From the human T2T-CHM13v2.0 reference genome, Homo sapiens, in the NCBI RefSeq assembly GCF_009914755.1, contig NC_060942.1: DNA of 64,000 nucleotides, one strand, 5' to 3'. The notes under the pieces were generated by a model, which was given only the letters and a program-made list of their open reading frames with translations, had not been told where the DNA came from and did not search any database. Below, one piece after another: positions 1 through 12,732 of the stretch. Both the position numbers and the translations under genes were made by a program. Positions within the stretch are counted from its first letter, which is position 1. Each line of letters opens with the position of its first letter.

Positions 1-148
1 GCAAGATTCCTAACACTGTTATGACCTTTCCTGACTCTGCATATGTAGAAAGTGCATTCTTGTAGCTGTTGCTAAAAGGACCTGTTTCAGAGTTCAATAA
101 TGCTATTTTGCTACTCTGTTCCAAACTGGCATTACTCAAAACTATAAA

Positions 149-742
149 TGCATTAGTTTTCTACTGCTACATAATAAATGATAAGCTTAGCTGCTTCAGA
201 CAACATACATTTTCTGTGAGTTAGAAGTCTAGGCACAGGTTCTGAGTCATTTGCTCAAGGTCTCACAGAATTGCAATCTAAGTGTGGGCTGGAAGTGCAG
301 TATCATGAGTTTTGAGGTCTTCTTCCACAGTCACTGCTTGATCAAAAAAATTAGTCTCGTGGGTATAGGACTGAAGTCCTCACCCCCAAAAGATTGTGTA
401 CTCTTCCCTGCCATGTGACCTATCTTCAGCCAGCTATAGTTTGCTTTTTTCAAGGGCAAGAAACAAGCATCTTGGCTATTTCTTTCATTTCTGACCTATA
501 GACCCTCTTTTAAAGGGCTCACCTGATTGGGTCAAGCCCAATCAAGATAATCTCTCTTTTGATTAACACAACATCAACTGATCTGGGAACTTGATTACAT
601 TTGCAAAATCCTTTCACTTTTGCCATATAATGTCACATGATCAACGGAGAGCTCACCCATAAAATTCAGAGTGAACACTCCAAGGTTGGCATATATTTTA
701 TGGAGAGAGAATTTTGGGCTATCTTATAATTCTGCCTACCAA
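149..742 (-). mobile_element. MLT1-family (ERVL-MaLR) solo LTR
   Basis: Ends in AATTCTGCCTACCA (reverse complement of the MLT1 5' end TGGTAGGCAGAATT). Contains typical MLT1 motifs CCCTCTTTTAAAGGGCTCACCTGATTGGGTCA and GATTACATTTGCAAAATCC. Confidence 0.7.
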
Positions 743-1269
743 AATAATCCTATTCACATTGGAAAAAAGATAATTTTTTTCAGTTTTTTACACAAAGAGT
801 ATCATCCACTGTTTATCATTTAACAAGTGAAATAAACTTCTGTCAAGTATCTAATGTCAATTAATATTTATACATATTGTTGGAGCATTGTCTGTACTGT
901 AGAATATCTTCCACAAGCACAGGAAAGTAAAATGTCACCATGGTTACAAATCTGTTTCAAAGAATTTGTTATGTAACATGTAGCTATAGGATTTTATGAG
1001 GCAGGTTTCTTCTAATGGTTAACCATAAGCTTAAAATAATAACTGCACACACTCCCAGATGATTAGCTTATGGCAATAACTCAACCAATAATACCGTTGT
1101 TACTGGTTAGAGGACATTTGTCTGCTACACACAGAGCATTCTGTAGGGTTCATGTTAGGTGAGAAGGGAGTGGTTTGCTCCTTCCCTGTGTCATTGGACC
1201 TCATCCCCTGATGCTTGATCTGTTGAGACTCATTCTTCCAACAGACATTCTCTGAGGTCCTCCTATGAG

Positions 1270-1630
1270 GGAGGCACTGCATTAGGCACTGATGGTATTA
1301 AAGTGAACGTGACCACATATATCTTTAAAGAGCAAAATCTACAGGGAAAAGATGTAAACCCAACGTTAGAATGCAATATGAAATTGATGTAAGAGAGATA
1401 CATTCAAAGCTTATAGAAGCAGGGAGAAAATTCTGTAAGCTCTGAGCAGTGTTGAACCACAAGGAAAGACTTCACAGAAAAGGTCACATTTAAACTCATT
1501 CTTAAAGAATGAGCAAAAGCTCATATGTAATCTAAAGTCATGGGGACTTTAGGTTGAGGGAAGAATTTCAGTAGGACACAAGGACATTTGATGAATGTTC
1601 CAGATGACACGTAGTTTTGGCTGGGGTGAA
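1270..1630 (-). mobile_element. L2 LINE 3' fragment
   Basis: Degraded L2-like antisense sequence (AGGCACTGCATTAGGCACTG...GGAAAGACTTCACAGAAAAGGTCACATTTAAAC). Confidence 0.5.
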
Positions 1631-1859
1631 ATAATGAAGACCCCCCATCTCATTTGCCACTGGGGCATATACACCAAATAAGTGCGGTTTTTGCTTTGTT
1701 TTTGTTTATTTGATATGGTATTCCTGCTTTATATATGTATCATATCCATCTTCCCATAGTTCTGCTTGTGGAAACTCCTTGTTCTGTCCTCAGATGCTCA
1801 TTGTTCACAAGTAAGTCCTCAACCTTTCAACTCGTCGTTTCAGGCTCACCATAATCCAT

Positions 1860-2428
1860 TTCCAAAATTCTTTTTCAATTTTTATACTGTGATCAGTTTC
1901 CCCCTTTCTTAAAACTCTTCATTTCACGTAGAATAAAACCCATATACCTCAACATGGCCTTGAAGGTTCAACATGCTCTAGCTTCTGCCTCTTGGACCCA
2001 ATCTCATGACACGTGTGCTTCAGCTCCAGCTTCAGGCTTCTGGAAAGCATCGACCTGCTTCAGGAATGGCCATCTATTGACCACCTTCCTCTGGTTGAAA
2101 TACTCTTCCCCAGGGTTGTCGTGGGACTGGAGCCATCCACTGGGCAGAACTCAACATAACCACCAACTCCTTGGAGAGTGCTTCCTTGATTCTGCATTGC
2201 TGTTAGTCCTCCCTGCACATCATGCTTGGCCATTTCACTCTACTTATTTTTTCCTTAGTGCTCCTCACATCATAAAGTTGTCCTTTCCATAATTTTCATT
2301 TTACATTTTTATCTGTTCTTGTCAAAATGTAAACTCCTTGGCTGTGCTCCCTACCATATCTCTGGAGCCCACAACAATGCCTACCTGGCAAGAAGTAGAC
2401 AATACATTTGTGTTAAACAAGTGAATGA
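1860..2428 (+). mobile_element. L2 LINE 3' end
   Basis: AGAATAAAACCC..CAACATGGCCT and terminal GCCTACCTGGCA..CAATACATTTGTGTTAAACAAGTGAATGA resemble the L2 3' terminus. Confidence 0.6.
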
Positions 2429-3849
2429 GAAAAGCATGACTCTTATCTCCCCTCATTGGTCATGTCTGTTGCTCTTTTGCAAATGTCCTCAGTTAATGCC
2501 TAGAAAAGTCACTATTTTCTCATTGGTTTCCTTATATTGTTCCCTTGCATTGCCTTCTATATTATTATATTTTCTCTCTGATCATTCAAGTTAACCGGAA
2601 ATTATGATATATGCATATTACATGTTCTTAGCTCCCACAACAACTTTGTGCATTTTTATACATAATGGACACCTCCTAATATGTATCTTCTATTGAATTG
2701 TCCGTATTTGGGTAATCACTAATTTGATTATTGGCAAAAGAATGTTTTCTAGAGTATATGAAGGATTACTGTCTGCTCTCCTTTGCCTTGCAGCAGGCAC
2801 TGTTGAAAAGGCTGCATATCATGCTGCTTGTTGGTGTTTCTCCTTCAGGAACAATTTTGCACTATATATCACAGAACATCTAAGAAGAATTAGTAAAGTT
2901 CAACTTAGATACAATTTATAGCACATCAAGTCTAAGAGTAGAATTGTAGAATTGGGAGCCACACTGTGACCTGAAAGCAATTTTTATTGATTCAACTAGG
3001 TTTTAATAACATCAATCAAGATGTACTCTGACAGCCACTTGATATTTTTTGGCTATGGTGAGAATTTCACTGACATATTTAGACTCTTTCCTCATCTGTC
3101 TCCTTGTCTACTGTCCTCTCTCTACTATCAAAATCCATTTATGGCCAGATCTATTGACTCAGGGGCACTGGCCTCTTCATAAATATGGTAGAAAAAGAGA
3201 AGGTTTTTCAGGCTGCCTTTGCCTCTTTATTTCATGGTGCTAGGCATGGTAATACAAAAGCAGTTGCCCTGTTCTTTGATAAAAAATGTATCTGATCTTA
3301 ACCATATAAGATTTAAATATTCCTTTAAAAATGTAAAAGCGTGAGGCACAGTTTTATGGTGAAAACTTTTCAGGTAGTTTTTTACTGTTTTTTACTGTAA
3401 GAGAAGGACATTTTGGAACTGGAATCCACTCAGATTTAATTGCAATTCTGCTGAATTTTTAAGAAGTCATTAATTGTGCTTATGCAAATTCACTTTCTTC
3501 TTCCCTACTTTTGCCAAATGAACCATACAAATCGCTAATGAATACAAGGGGGAAAATGTCTAGCAAAGAAACAGAGTGCTTTCCTTTATTTTTTTACATT
3601 GTTATTTTGCCTCCTTCTGTATACTTTTTCTAAGCCCCTCAGATAAAAATTGTTTCTTTGTTTATAAATCTGATGTAATTTTCATATACTTCTCACTTGT
3701 ATTCTTGTTAGTTGTATGGCTCTATCTTTTACTAATTTGGAATGGTTTTTTCATTCATCTTTTTAGTAATGACTATGTCAGTTACTGAATTATAACAGGA
3801 ACTTAATGCCCATTGAACTAAGCATAGTATGTTGATAGTATGCTCAGAT

Positions 3850-3960
3850 CTTACAAAAATATTTGTTGGACATCTATTATGTGCAGGCACTATATGTATT
3901 TGGTGTATAAAAATGAATATAAGACATTATCACAGCTGCTAACTTAGAAGAAAGTACATG
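3850..3960 (-). mobile_element. L2 3'-end fragment
   Basis: AAATATTTGTTGGACATCTATTATGTGCAGGCAC matches the antisense L2 tail. Confidence 0.55.
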
Positions 3961-4339
3961 TAGGGATTTAAGTCAAGACTGTATTTTGATTGGCTTATGG
4001 AACTATTAAATGGTAGAAATAAAATCCAAACTTAGAATTTTCATGTGTTTTTACATTTTGAAGCAGCAACTGTAAATATCACTTCTTCCATGGTAAATCA
4101 GCTACTTTTTGTTTTTGCTGAAGGAGCAAGAATACCTTTAGCAGTATTTTGGAAAATTATAATTGAGTTTGGTCATGCAAGCACTTAGAAAAAAGTTTTG
4201 CCAAATAATTGTATGACTACTAAAAGGGTTTGTGATATGGCACGGGCTATGATCAGCAATATACCCTCATTGCGTTCATTTCTTAAATGAATTTAAATAA
4301 AGTAATTTAACCTTAAATAATTTATTATTTGAGGTAATT

Positions 4340-4455
4340 ATATAATAATTTCCACTTTCCAGAATTGTAAACCAAGGCTTAGCTAAAGATATAGAATAAC
4401 TTTCCCAAGGTCACGACATAAATGGAGCAGAGATTTGAACTACCATCTACTCTTC
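4340..4455 (-). mobile_element. MIR SINE core fragment
   Basis: AACTTTCCCAAGGTCAC...GAGCAGAGATTTGAAC, a MIR core motif. Confidence 0.6.
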
Positions 4456-4591
4456 TGTTATTACCTTTAACCAGCTTGCTTTTCGGCCAGATAAATGAGT
4501 GCGTGGTAAGTTCCTGCCCAATGTTCCGTCAAGTTAAGTGCGGGATTGAGCCTTCAGCACTACATCAATACATTTGAATTTTCTTCAAATT

Positions 4592-4608
4592 ATCACTAGG
4601 TGGCAGTG
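4592..4608 (+). promoter_or_regulatory. CTCF-binding motif candidate
   Basis: ATCACTAGGTGGCAGTG matches the CTCF core CCAC(C/T)AG(A/G)(G/T)GGC(A/G) in non-repeat sequence with several retained CpGs nearby. Confidence 0.5.
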
Positions 4609-6542
4609 TATCAAACCTTAATTCAGAATGTTAAAGCTTATGCGTTAGTAGTGTATTGAAATTTGTCTCAGATGTAAACTGTAAAAAGTGATTGGTAGAT
4701 GTTCAGATGAAAATTAAACTGAGGACAATATTTTTATAATGCCATTTGAAGTTTAAATTCTAGACAGTATGCTTTTGGATATATGCTTTTCTTCTGTAGC
4801 CCTTTTATTTGAAGAGACAGGCCATATATCAATTTTGATATTTTCTTATTTTCTATATGATACATAAATAAGTATGGTTTATATTAAAATGTAATTTTTT
4901 GATCTGAAATTTGCAGTATGGTTCATATATGAAGGTGCTTTGACAGGTTATGACAGTTTTGGCTTTTATGAGTCAGAATAGAATTCCTCTAATGACATAA
5001 GTAATGCAATACAATTATGAGCATTATTATAGGGTCTTTTAAAAATGAACACTGTTTAAATGCTCTACATAAAGTTACATTTGAAATAAGGTGCATTATT
5101 ATGTGTATCTATTAATATTACTTTCAGTTCCTAATTGTCTTTTTCAGTTAATAATACCTTTTTTTAACCAAAATAGTTGATTACTTCTGTTTAAGAGGCA
5201 CAATACTGTAATTCTGATATTTCAGATAGATTGACACAAAATAAACCAGAGATGGCATTTAGAATTTTATATGCCTTAAGTGCAATTTTTAATTAAGGTT
5301 TTCTCTTCTCATTGCTGGATTTTCTAATTATATTCAAATAATAATGAGGAAGACCTTTCTAAGGAAGCCAAAACAATATGCACATCTATACTCTTAAAGG
5401 TACTAATCAAAGACTATGGAGCATAATAATTTGGCTCGGCTCTGACATTCAGAATTAGTTCCTTTGTTCCTCAATTCCTCTGTGAGCTTGATTTTTCTCC
5501 CCCAAAACATATCAGAAGTCATTGTTCATCTTATTCATACTCCACTCTGCCTAGAGCTGACTATAAAGTAGGATTACAGAATTTTAAAGGTGATTCTGAA
5601 TTTAGATTCCTTTCTTTATGCATGAATAAAATAAAATGTAAGTTCTTTTATGATGTCTCCCAAACATTTTACTCTGTTTTTCTTGGTGTGACAAGATATC
5701 TTACATCTTCAAAAAGAAAAACCAAAGAACTCAATTTCCATTGATAGGTAACATAGAAACAAAAATATAGTAGAAATGAATATTTGAATTAATGGAGAAA
5801 TAATATAATTATTTGGTTATTAAATGTGCATTTGTGAAACAAAAAATTGCCAGTGTTTCTGTGTTTGGGCTTTAAATTCAACCATTACCTCAAAATGTTC
5901 TTTTATTGCTTTCTGTAATGCTGCCAATTTGCTGGGAGCAAATTCATCAAATGAATTCAATTTGTTTCGCATTTTATTTTCCTCAATTTATCTTGTGCAT
6001 GGAATATTTCTCAAACTTAATTCTATTTGTATATTATGTCTTTGTTGTATTTCTTCTTCCTTTTAAAATTTATTTTTTTCTCCATGCTATCCTTTATAGC
6101 CTGATATATTTTGCCCAGAGAAGAGGAATGGGCAGAAAAGAACCAAGAACGCCACATTTCTGCTATCCTGGTGGGCATTACTTATTATTTCAAAATAAGC
6201 TAGTCTTTTACCTCAAATTTTCTGGGAGGCTTTTAAATATCCACCTTATGATGGGCAATAGATTCTTCTTTTTCAGTGCCATAGGAGATCAGAAGAAAAT
6301 TCAATATAAAAAAAAAAAGACACAAAAATCACCTCCTAGTAAAAAAATCTAATGAAATGAGATAATTTGCAAAAAAACTAAATTATAATTTCTACTTCCA
6401 GGTTAAATTTTAAGCTTTGTACATAATGAATTCCTGTACTATGTACCATTTTTCTCACAACCATTCACTTCTAAAACTTGGCTACTAAAGGTAAGAGAAT
6501 CATAATGAGAAACAGTGGCTATTTCTCTGGTGGCCTTTATGA

Positions 6543-6969
<427 letters not shown>

Positions 6970-7567
6970 AAGATTGCCCATATTATTGGCACTTTATGCC
7001 ATTTTAGATAATAAAGTAAACTGCCATAGACAGCCTTGGTTTTGTGAGTGAAAATACTGCCCAGATTCCTCAAGTTAGACAAGTTGGAGAAAAACATATA
7101 CTCCTACCACTGAGCTGTGTCTGGACTTTCTACTTTGTTAGCTACTGTCTTTGTTCCTGTGGGGAAATTTGTTTTACTTTTGTGTCAATAATTTCGCTAA
7201 GATTATTTGTAGCTGTCTGAACACAAGTTTCATGATTTTCTACTCAGTTTAGTTTATCTTTCTTATAATTTGGATTAAAACTTTAAAATGATGTTATATA
7301 GTTTTATTTTCTCATTTATTTTAAAACTTTTATTTCTAAAAGTATTTAAACTTGTTTGAAATAAAGAAAATACTCTTAAAAATTAATTAGCAAGATTTCT
7401 GGACATAATAAAACAATAGTGATATTTGAGCCATCAAAAAAAAATCTGACATAAGAGTTACTCGGGAAATGTTTTCTACTTAATAAATTTCAAATCTCTC
7501 AGAATTTACTTACTGTACTTTACAACCGTTTTTTCTTTTGAAATTTTCAAATCTAAAGAAATGGTGA

Positions 7568-7875
7568 GGCTGGGCGCGGTGGCTCATGCCTGTAATCTCA
7601 GCACTATGGGAGGCCGTGGTGAGTGGATCATTTGAGGTCAGGAGTTCAAGACCTGCCTGGCCAACATGGTGAAACCTCATCTCTACCAAAAATACAAAAA
7701 TTAGCTGGGGCGTGGTGACAGGCACCTGTAGTCCTAGCTACTTGGGAGGCTGAGACAGGAAAATCGCTTGAGCCTGGGAGTCAGAGGTTGCGGTGAGCTG
7801 AGGTCCCGCCATTGCACTTCAGCCCGGGTGACAGGGTGAGACCCTGTCTCAAAAAAAAAAAAAAAAAAAAGAAAA
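7568..7875 (+). mobile_element. Alu SINE (older AluS/AluJ-like)
   Basis: GGCTGGGCGCGGTGGCTCA...ACCCTGTCTC plus A tail. Degenerate TSD AAAGAAATGGTGA / AAAGAAAAGGTAA. Confidence 0.95.
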
Positions 7876-7889
7876 AAGAAAAGGTAAAA

Positions 7890-8430
7890 TAATTGTATAT
7901 GAAAACTCATATACACTTCCAGTGAGTTTGACTAATTAGTAACATTTTGCTGTGCTTGCTTTATCTCATTTTATTTATTTATGCATCTGTCATTTTTCAT
8001 TCTCTCTTTATACAGAGGTATTTGAAATTTTGCTGAGCTATTTGAAAGTGACTTATAGATATCATGACACTTGCTGCGTGCATATTTCAACCATAAGGGA
8101 TTTGACTACATAAGCACAATACTATCATCACACCTGTAATAATTTCTATTTACTTAATAATATTGAAAGTTCTTTTGTGCTGTCTTTGAGGCACAACATA
8201 AGGTACTGCTCTTCTGACTTCCATTACACTAGATTGGTTTTGCCTGTTCATATAAATGGAATCATGTGTGCATATATTATTTTGTCTTTAACTTCTTTCA
8301 TTTAATATAATGTCTTTGAAGTTTATCTATATTGCTGTACATATGTATGTTTACTAAAAAAAAAGCCAGACAGTTTTATACAGCAGTTGTTCCATCAGCA
8401 AAGAGCTTCATTTGGTTCTTATCTTTACCA
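7890..8430 (-). mobile_element. Old L1M (L1ME-like) 3' UTR fragments
   Basis: Antisense L1M 3' motifs, e.g. TTTGCCTGTTCATATAAATGGAATCAT. Confidence 0.55.
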
Positions 8431-8439
8431 ATATTTAGA

Positions 8440-8811
8440 GGGGACACTCACTTTTGTAGCCCAGGAAGACCATGAAGAAAGTTTGGCTGCCTTGAAGCCT
8501 CTATAGTATGAGAAATTTCAGGCTATGTGGAGAGGCCGTTTGTGGATGTTTTGTTCAGTGACTTCAATGAGCTGAGCCTATGGTCATCCTAAGCCTAGGG
8601 GCCAAAGATACCACCCAACAATTCTAGTCTCAGTCATTAGTTGCCCCAGTTGTTCCAGTCTTCCCAGCTGAAGACCAGACATTGTGGAAGAGACATGTCA
8701 TCCCCATGTGTCTGAATTCTTGAACCGTAGAATCCATGAGTACAATAAAATGATTATTTTTATGCCACTTAGTTTTGAAGTGGTTTGTATGCAGTGGCAG
8801 TAACCAGATAC
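8440..8811 (+). mobile_element. MLT1 (H-like) LTR
   Basis: CCAGTCTTCCCAGCTGAAG..CCAGAC, GAATTCTTGAACC.TAGAATCCATGAG, AATAAA, and terminal GTGGTTTGTATGCAG..TAACCAGATAC. Confidence 0.75.
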
Positions 8812-8829
8812 CTATATATATTATACTTA

Positions 8830-9790
8830 CATTATTACTCAGTTTGAAATATTTCCTAGTTTTCCATGTGATTTCTTCTTTGGGTCATGGGTTATTTAGA
8901 AATATGTTGATAAATGTCATGTATTTGAGGAATCTCTAGGTATCTCATTATTATGCATATCTAACTTAAATATGTTATGTTTGGAGAACAAATTCTGGAA
9001 AAGTGCAATGCTTTTAAAATTTATTGAGACTTATTTTGTGGCCTGCATATTTCTTGGTGAATGTTCTACATACACTTGAAAATAATACGTGTTCTGCAAT
9101 TGCTTCCTACATTATTTTACAAATATCAATTTGTTCAAGTTAGTGGATAAGTGTTACTCATGTCTTTAATCTTCTTGCTGATATTTCAGTCCAGTTGTCG
9201 CATCAGCTTCTGAGAGAGAAGAGTTAAAATCACTAAAAATAATTGCAGATTTGTCTCTTTCCCCTTTCAGTTCTGTCAAATTTGCTTCATATTATATATT
9301 GAATCCTTATGATCAAGAGCATATGCACGTGTATGCAGAATTTATATGTAGTTTTTCACAAATTTACACTTTCATTATTATAAAATGACCATTATTATCT
9401 CAATTAACTATCTTATAGTCTGATTAATTTAGTATTAACAGATTTTTTTTGTAACTATGAAGCAACTTATAATCACCACTTGCATGGTGTATCTTTCCCA
9501 ATTATTTTACTTTCGATCTGTTTGGGTATTTAATTTTTAAATGTATCTCTTATAAACAGCATCTAGTAGAATCTTTTGTGTTTTTTTAATTCAAACTCAC
9601 AATCTCTGCCTTTTGTTTAGAATGGTTAGTCCATTTGTATTTAATATAATTACTAATGTGGTTTGGTTTAAATCTGCTATTTGCTATTTGTTTTTTATTG
9701 CTCCGCTCTGATCTTTATCCTCACTTTACTGCCCTTTGTGCAAGTTAATCAAGTATTATTCTGGAATTTATATTAAATTCTTGCTGGCTT
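8830..9790 (-). mobile_element. Old L1M ORF2 (endonuclease region) fragment
   Basis: Antisense L1M motifs TTTATTGAGACTTATTTTGTGGCCT and ACACTTGAAAATAATACGTGTTCTGC. Confidence 0.65.
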
Positions 9791-9959
9791 TTTAGCTTAG
9801 CAGAAGACTAACAAAATTGAAGCTCTACCAACAAGTAGATGGAAAATACCTTTAATAAAGGAGACTAGTATTAGAGTCAAAGATTTTTTCCCCCAGAATT
9901 TTTGATGTAACGCTTTAAGATAACTTTTGAAAAATAATAAAGTGAATCCACATATAAAA

Positions 9960-10770
9960 AATAAATTGAGAAACAGACTTTCTGCTTTCACAAAAATTGA
10001 CTCAAAATGGATAAAAGACCTAAATGTAAAGCACACAAATTTAAAATTCTTAGAAAATAACATAGGAGAAAATCGAGGTGACAGTGTATTGGTAGTGACT
10101 TTTTAGATATAATATAAAAAGTAAAATCTAAAAAGAACAAATTGATGTTAGAGTTTACTAAAACTTCTGCTCTGCAAAATATACTGTTAAGAAATAAGTC
10201 ACAGACTGAACAAATATGTTTGCAAAAAACATACCTGATAAGGAACTAGTATATAAAATATACAAAGAATTCTTAAAACTCAACTATAAGAAAGCAAACA
10301 ACTGTATTTTTAAAAATGGGCAAAGGATCTGAACAGATACTTCATCAAAGAATATACATATATGGAAAATACACATATGAAAAGATGCCCAACATCACAT
10401 ATTAGGGAATTGCAAATTATAACAAGATACCACTACATACCTATTAGAATGGCTAAAACTCAGAACAACGACAACACCCAGTGCTGGCAAGAATGTGCAG
10501 CGACAGGAACTCTGCTGCTAGAGGAACTCATTGCTAGAGGTATTGCAAAATGGTACAGCAACTTTGGAAAACACTTTGGGAGCTTGCTATAAGACCAAGT
10601 CTACTCTTACCGTAAGATCTTCAGCTGCATTTCTTGAAATTTTCCCAATTTTTTGGTTGGTAAACTATGTCTACAGAAAAGCCTGCATGTGAATATTTTA
10701 GGAGCTTTATTCATAATTGCCCAAACTTGGAAATGGCCAAGTTGTTCTTGAGTAGATGCAAAGAAGAACT
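9960..10770 (+). mobile_element. L1MC-like ORF2 3' end / 3' UTR; resumes at ~11540-11590
   Basis: ACAAAAATTGACTCAAAATGGAT, ATGGGCAAAGGATCTGAACAGA, CTATTAGAATGGCTAAAA. Confidence 0.75.
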
Positions 10771-10780
10771 GTAGAGATCA

Positions 10781-11530
10781 GCTGTGGACATGGATGTACA
10801 CATTTCTCTTCAAGATCCTGTTTTTCATTTTTTTGAGTATACAACCAGAAGTAGAATTGCTATTAAAGTTAATTATATTTTTAACTTTTTTTGTGAAACT
10901 GTTACACTGTTTTCCACCATTCTAAATACCTATATGTCATTTTACATTTTCACTAATGGTGCATGATGGTTCCAATTTCTTCACATCCTTACCAACTACT
11001 CATTGTTTTGTTTTATTTTTTTAAATAGTCATCCTTGCAGCATCATTCACAATAGCTAAAATGTGGAAGCAACCCAAATGTTCATTGGCAGATGAACAGA
11101 TAAGAAAAATATGGTATATACATTCAATAGAATAGGTATATATATAATGGGATATTATTCAGCCTTATGAAAGGAAATTCTGGCATATATTACAACATGG
11201 ATAAGCCTTGAGGACATTATGCTAAATGAAATAAACAGGTCACAAACACATAAATACTGTATGATTCCACTTATATGAAATACTTAGAGCCGTCAACAGC
11301 ATAGAGAGAGAGTAGGATGGTTGCTGCCAGGGGCTCGGGCTGGGGGAATATCAGGAGCTGTTGTTTAATGGGTACAGAGTTTCAGTTTGTAAGATGAAAA
11401 GAGTTATGGAGACGGATGGTGGTGAGGATTGCATAGCATTGCGAATGTATTTAAGATGACTGAACTGTGTATACTTAAAAATTGTTAATTTTTGTAAATT
11501 TTGTTACATGTATTTAACCACAATAAAAAA
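10781..11530 (+). mobile_element. L1MB 3' end with inverted 5' segment (10781-11036 antisense; 11037-11530 sense)
   Basis: Sense part has the L1MB tail (GTTGTTTAATGGGTACAGAGTTTCAGTTT...AACCACAATAAAAAA). The antisense part is the L1 sequence immediately upstream of it. Confidence 0.75.
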
Positions 11531-12331
11531 TGGGGAAAAATCACTGTTATCAACCCATGAAAAGATTTAAAAGCATATTGCTAAGTGAAAAGTGATGAGG
11601 GACCTGAAAGCCAGTGCAGTGGGCAAAGTTTTGGCATTGTCTTTTTCTCTAGCTTTGTCAAGACGCTATTGTACTAAACTGTAGATATTTAAAGCATACA
11701 ACTTGATGAATGTTGGCATATGAATATACCCGAGAAACTATTGCCAAATCAAGGTAATGAACATTTCCGCCAACCCCAGAGCTTTTCTGTTGCTTAATTG
11801 TGGTCCACCCCTTGTCCCCAGGCAACCACTCATCCACTGTTACTCACCATGGATTGGTTTGCACTTTGAGGAATTTTCTGTAAGCAGACATAAAATACAT
11901 GCTCTTGCTTTGTCTGGTGTTTTGATTCAGCATAACTATGTTCAGATTTATCCATATTGTTGACTGTATCACACACAATAGTTTCTTTTAATTATTTAAT
12001 CAATTATTTTTAATTACTAAGTAGGATTTCAATAAAAGGACATACCACTATTTGTGTATCTGTTTATCTGTGACGAATATTTAGGTTGTTTCCAGGTTTG
12101 GACTGTTAAAAATAAAGCTTTTAGGGGCATTTCTGCACAAGTCTTAAGTGGACCTATCTTTACATTAATCTGGAATAATTGCCTCAGGGTTTAATGAATG
12201 GCTGAATCATATATTGAACTTTCGAGAAGCTGTGAAATTGTTTGCCAAATAGTTGTACACTTTACATACTTATCAGCAGTGTATGTGTGTTACAGTTGTT
12301 GCATATACTCACTGAGACTTGGTATGTATAA

Positions 12332-12333
<2 letters not shown>

Positions 12334-12364
<31 letters not shown>
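12334..12364. repeat. (TG)n microsatellite
   Basis: Direct reading, about 15 units. Confidence 0.95.
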
Positions 12365-12368
<4 letters not shown>

Positions 12369-12566
12369 GTAGTTATTCCAGTGGTTGTATAGTGGCATCT
12401 CAGTTTGATTTTAATTTTTATTTCTCTAATGAACAATGATGTTGAATATCTTTTATATGCTTATTTGACATTCATATATATTTTGAGGTTAGTGCCTGTT
12501 CAAATCTTTGCCCACTTAAAAAGTTTGGTTGTTGTCTTTTTCTTATTGAATTATAAGAGTTCTTTG

Positions 12567-12732
12567 TGTATTCTAGATATAGGTACTTTGAGGGATATAT
12601 ATGTATAACCATTGAGGGATATATATGTATATTATACATATATACATGTGTATTACACATATATACATATATACATGTATATTGTACATATTATACATAT
12701 ATGTCCCTCAAAGTACCTATATTTAGAATACA
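12567..12732. repeat. Inverted repeat, 42-bp arms (40/42 match), AT-rich spacer
   Basis: 12567-12608 TGTATTCTAGATATAGGTACTTTGAGGGATATATATGTATAA versus the reverse complement of 12691-12732. Confidence 0.9.

Noticed and set aside
5824-6352. 80-aa and 148-aa ORFs in unique sequence
   Set aside because: F/L/I-biased composition typical of T-rich non-coding DNA; no recognisable domain or convincing splice structure.
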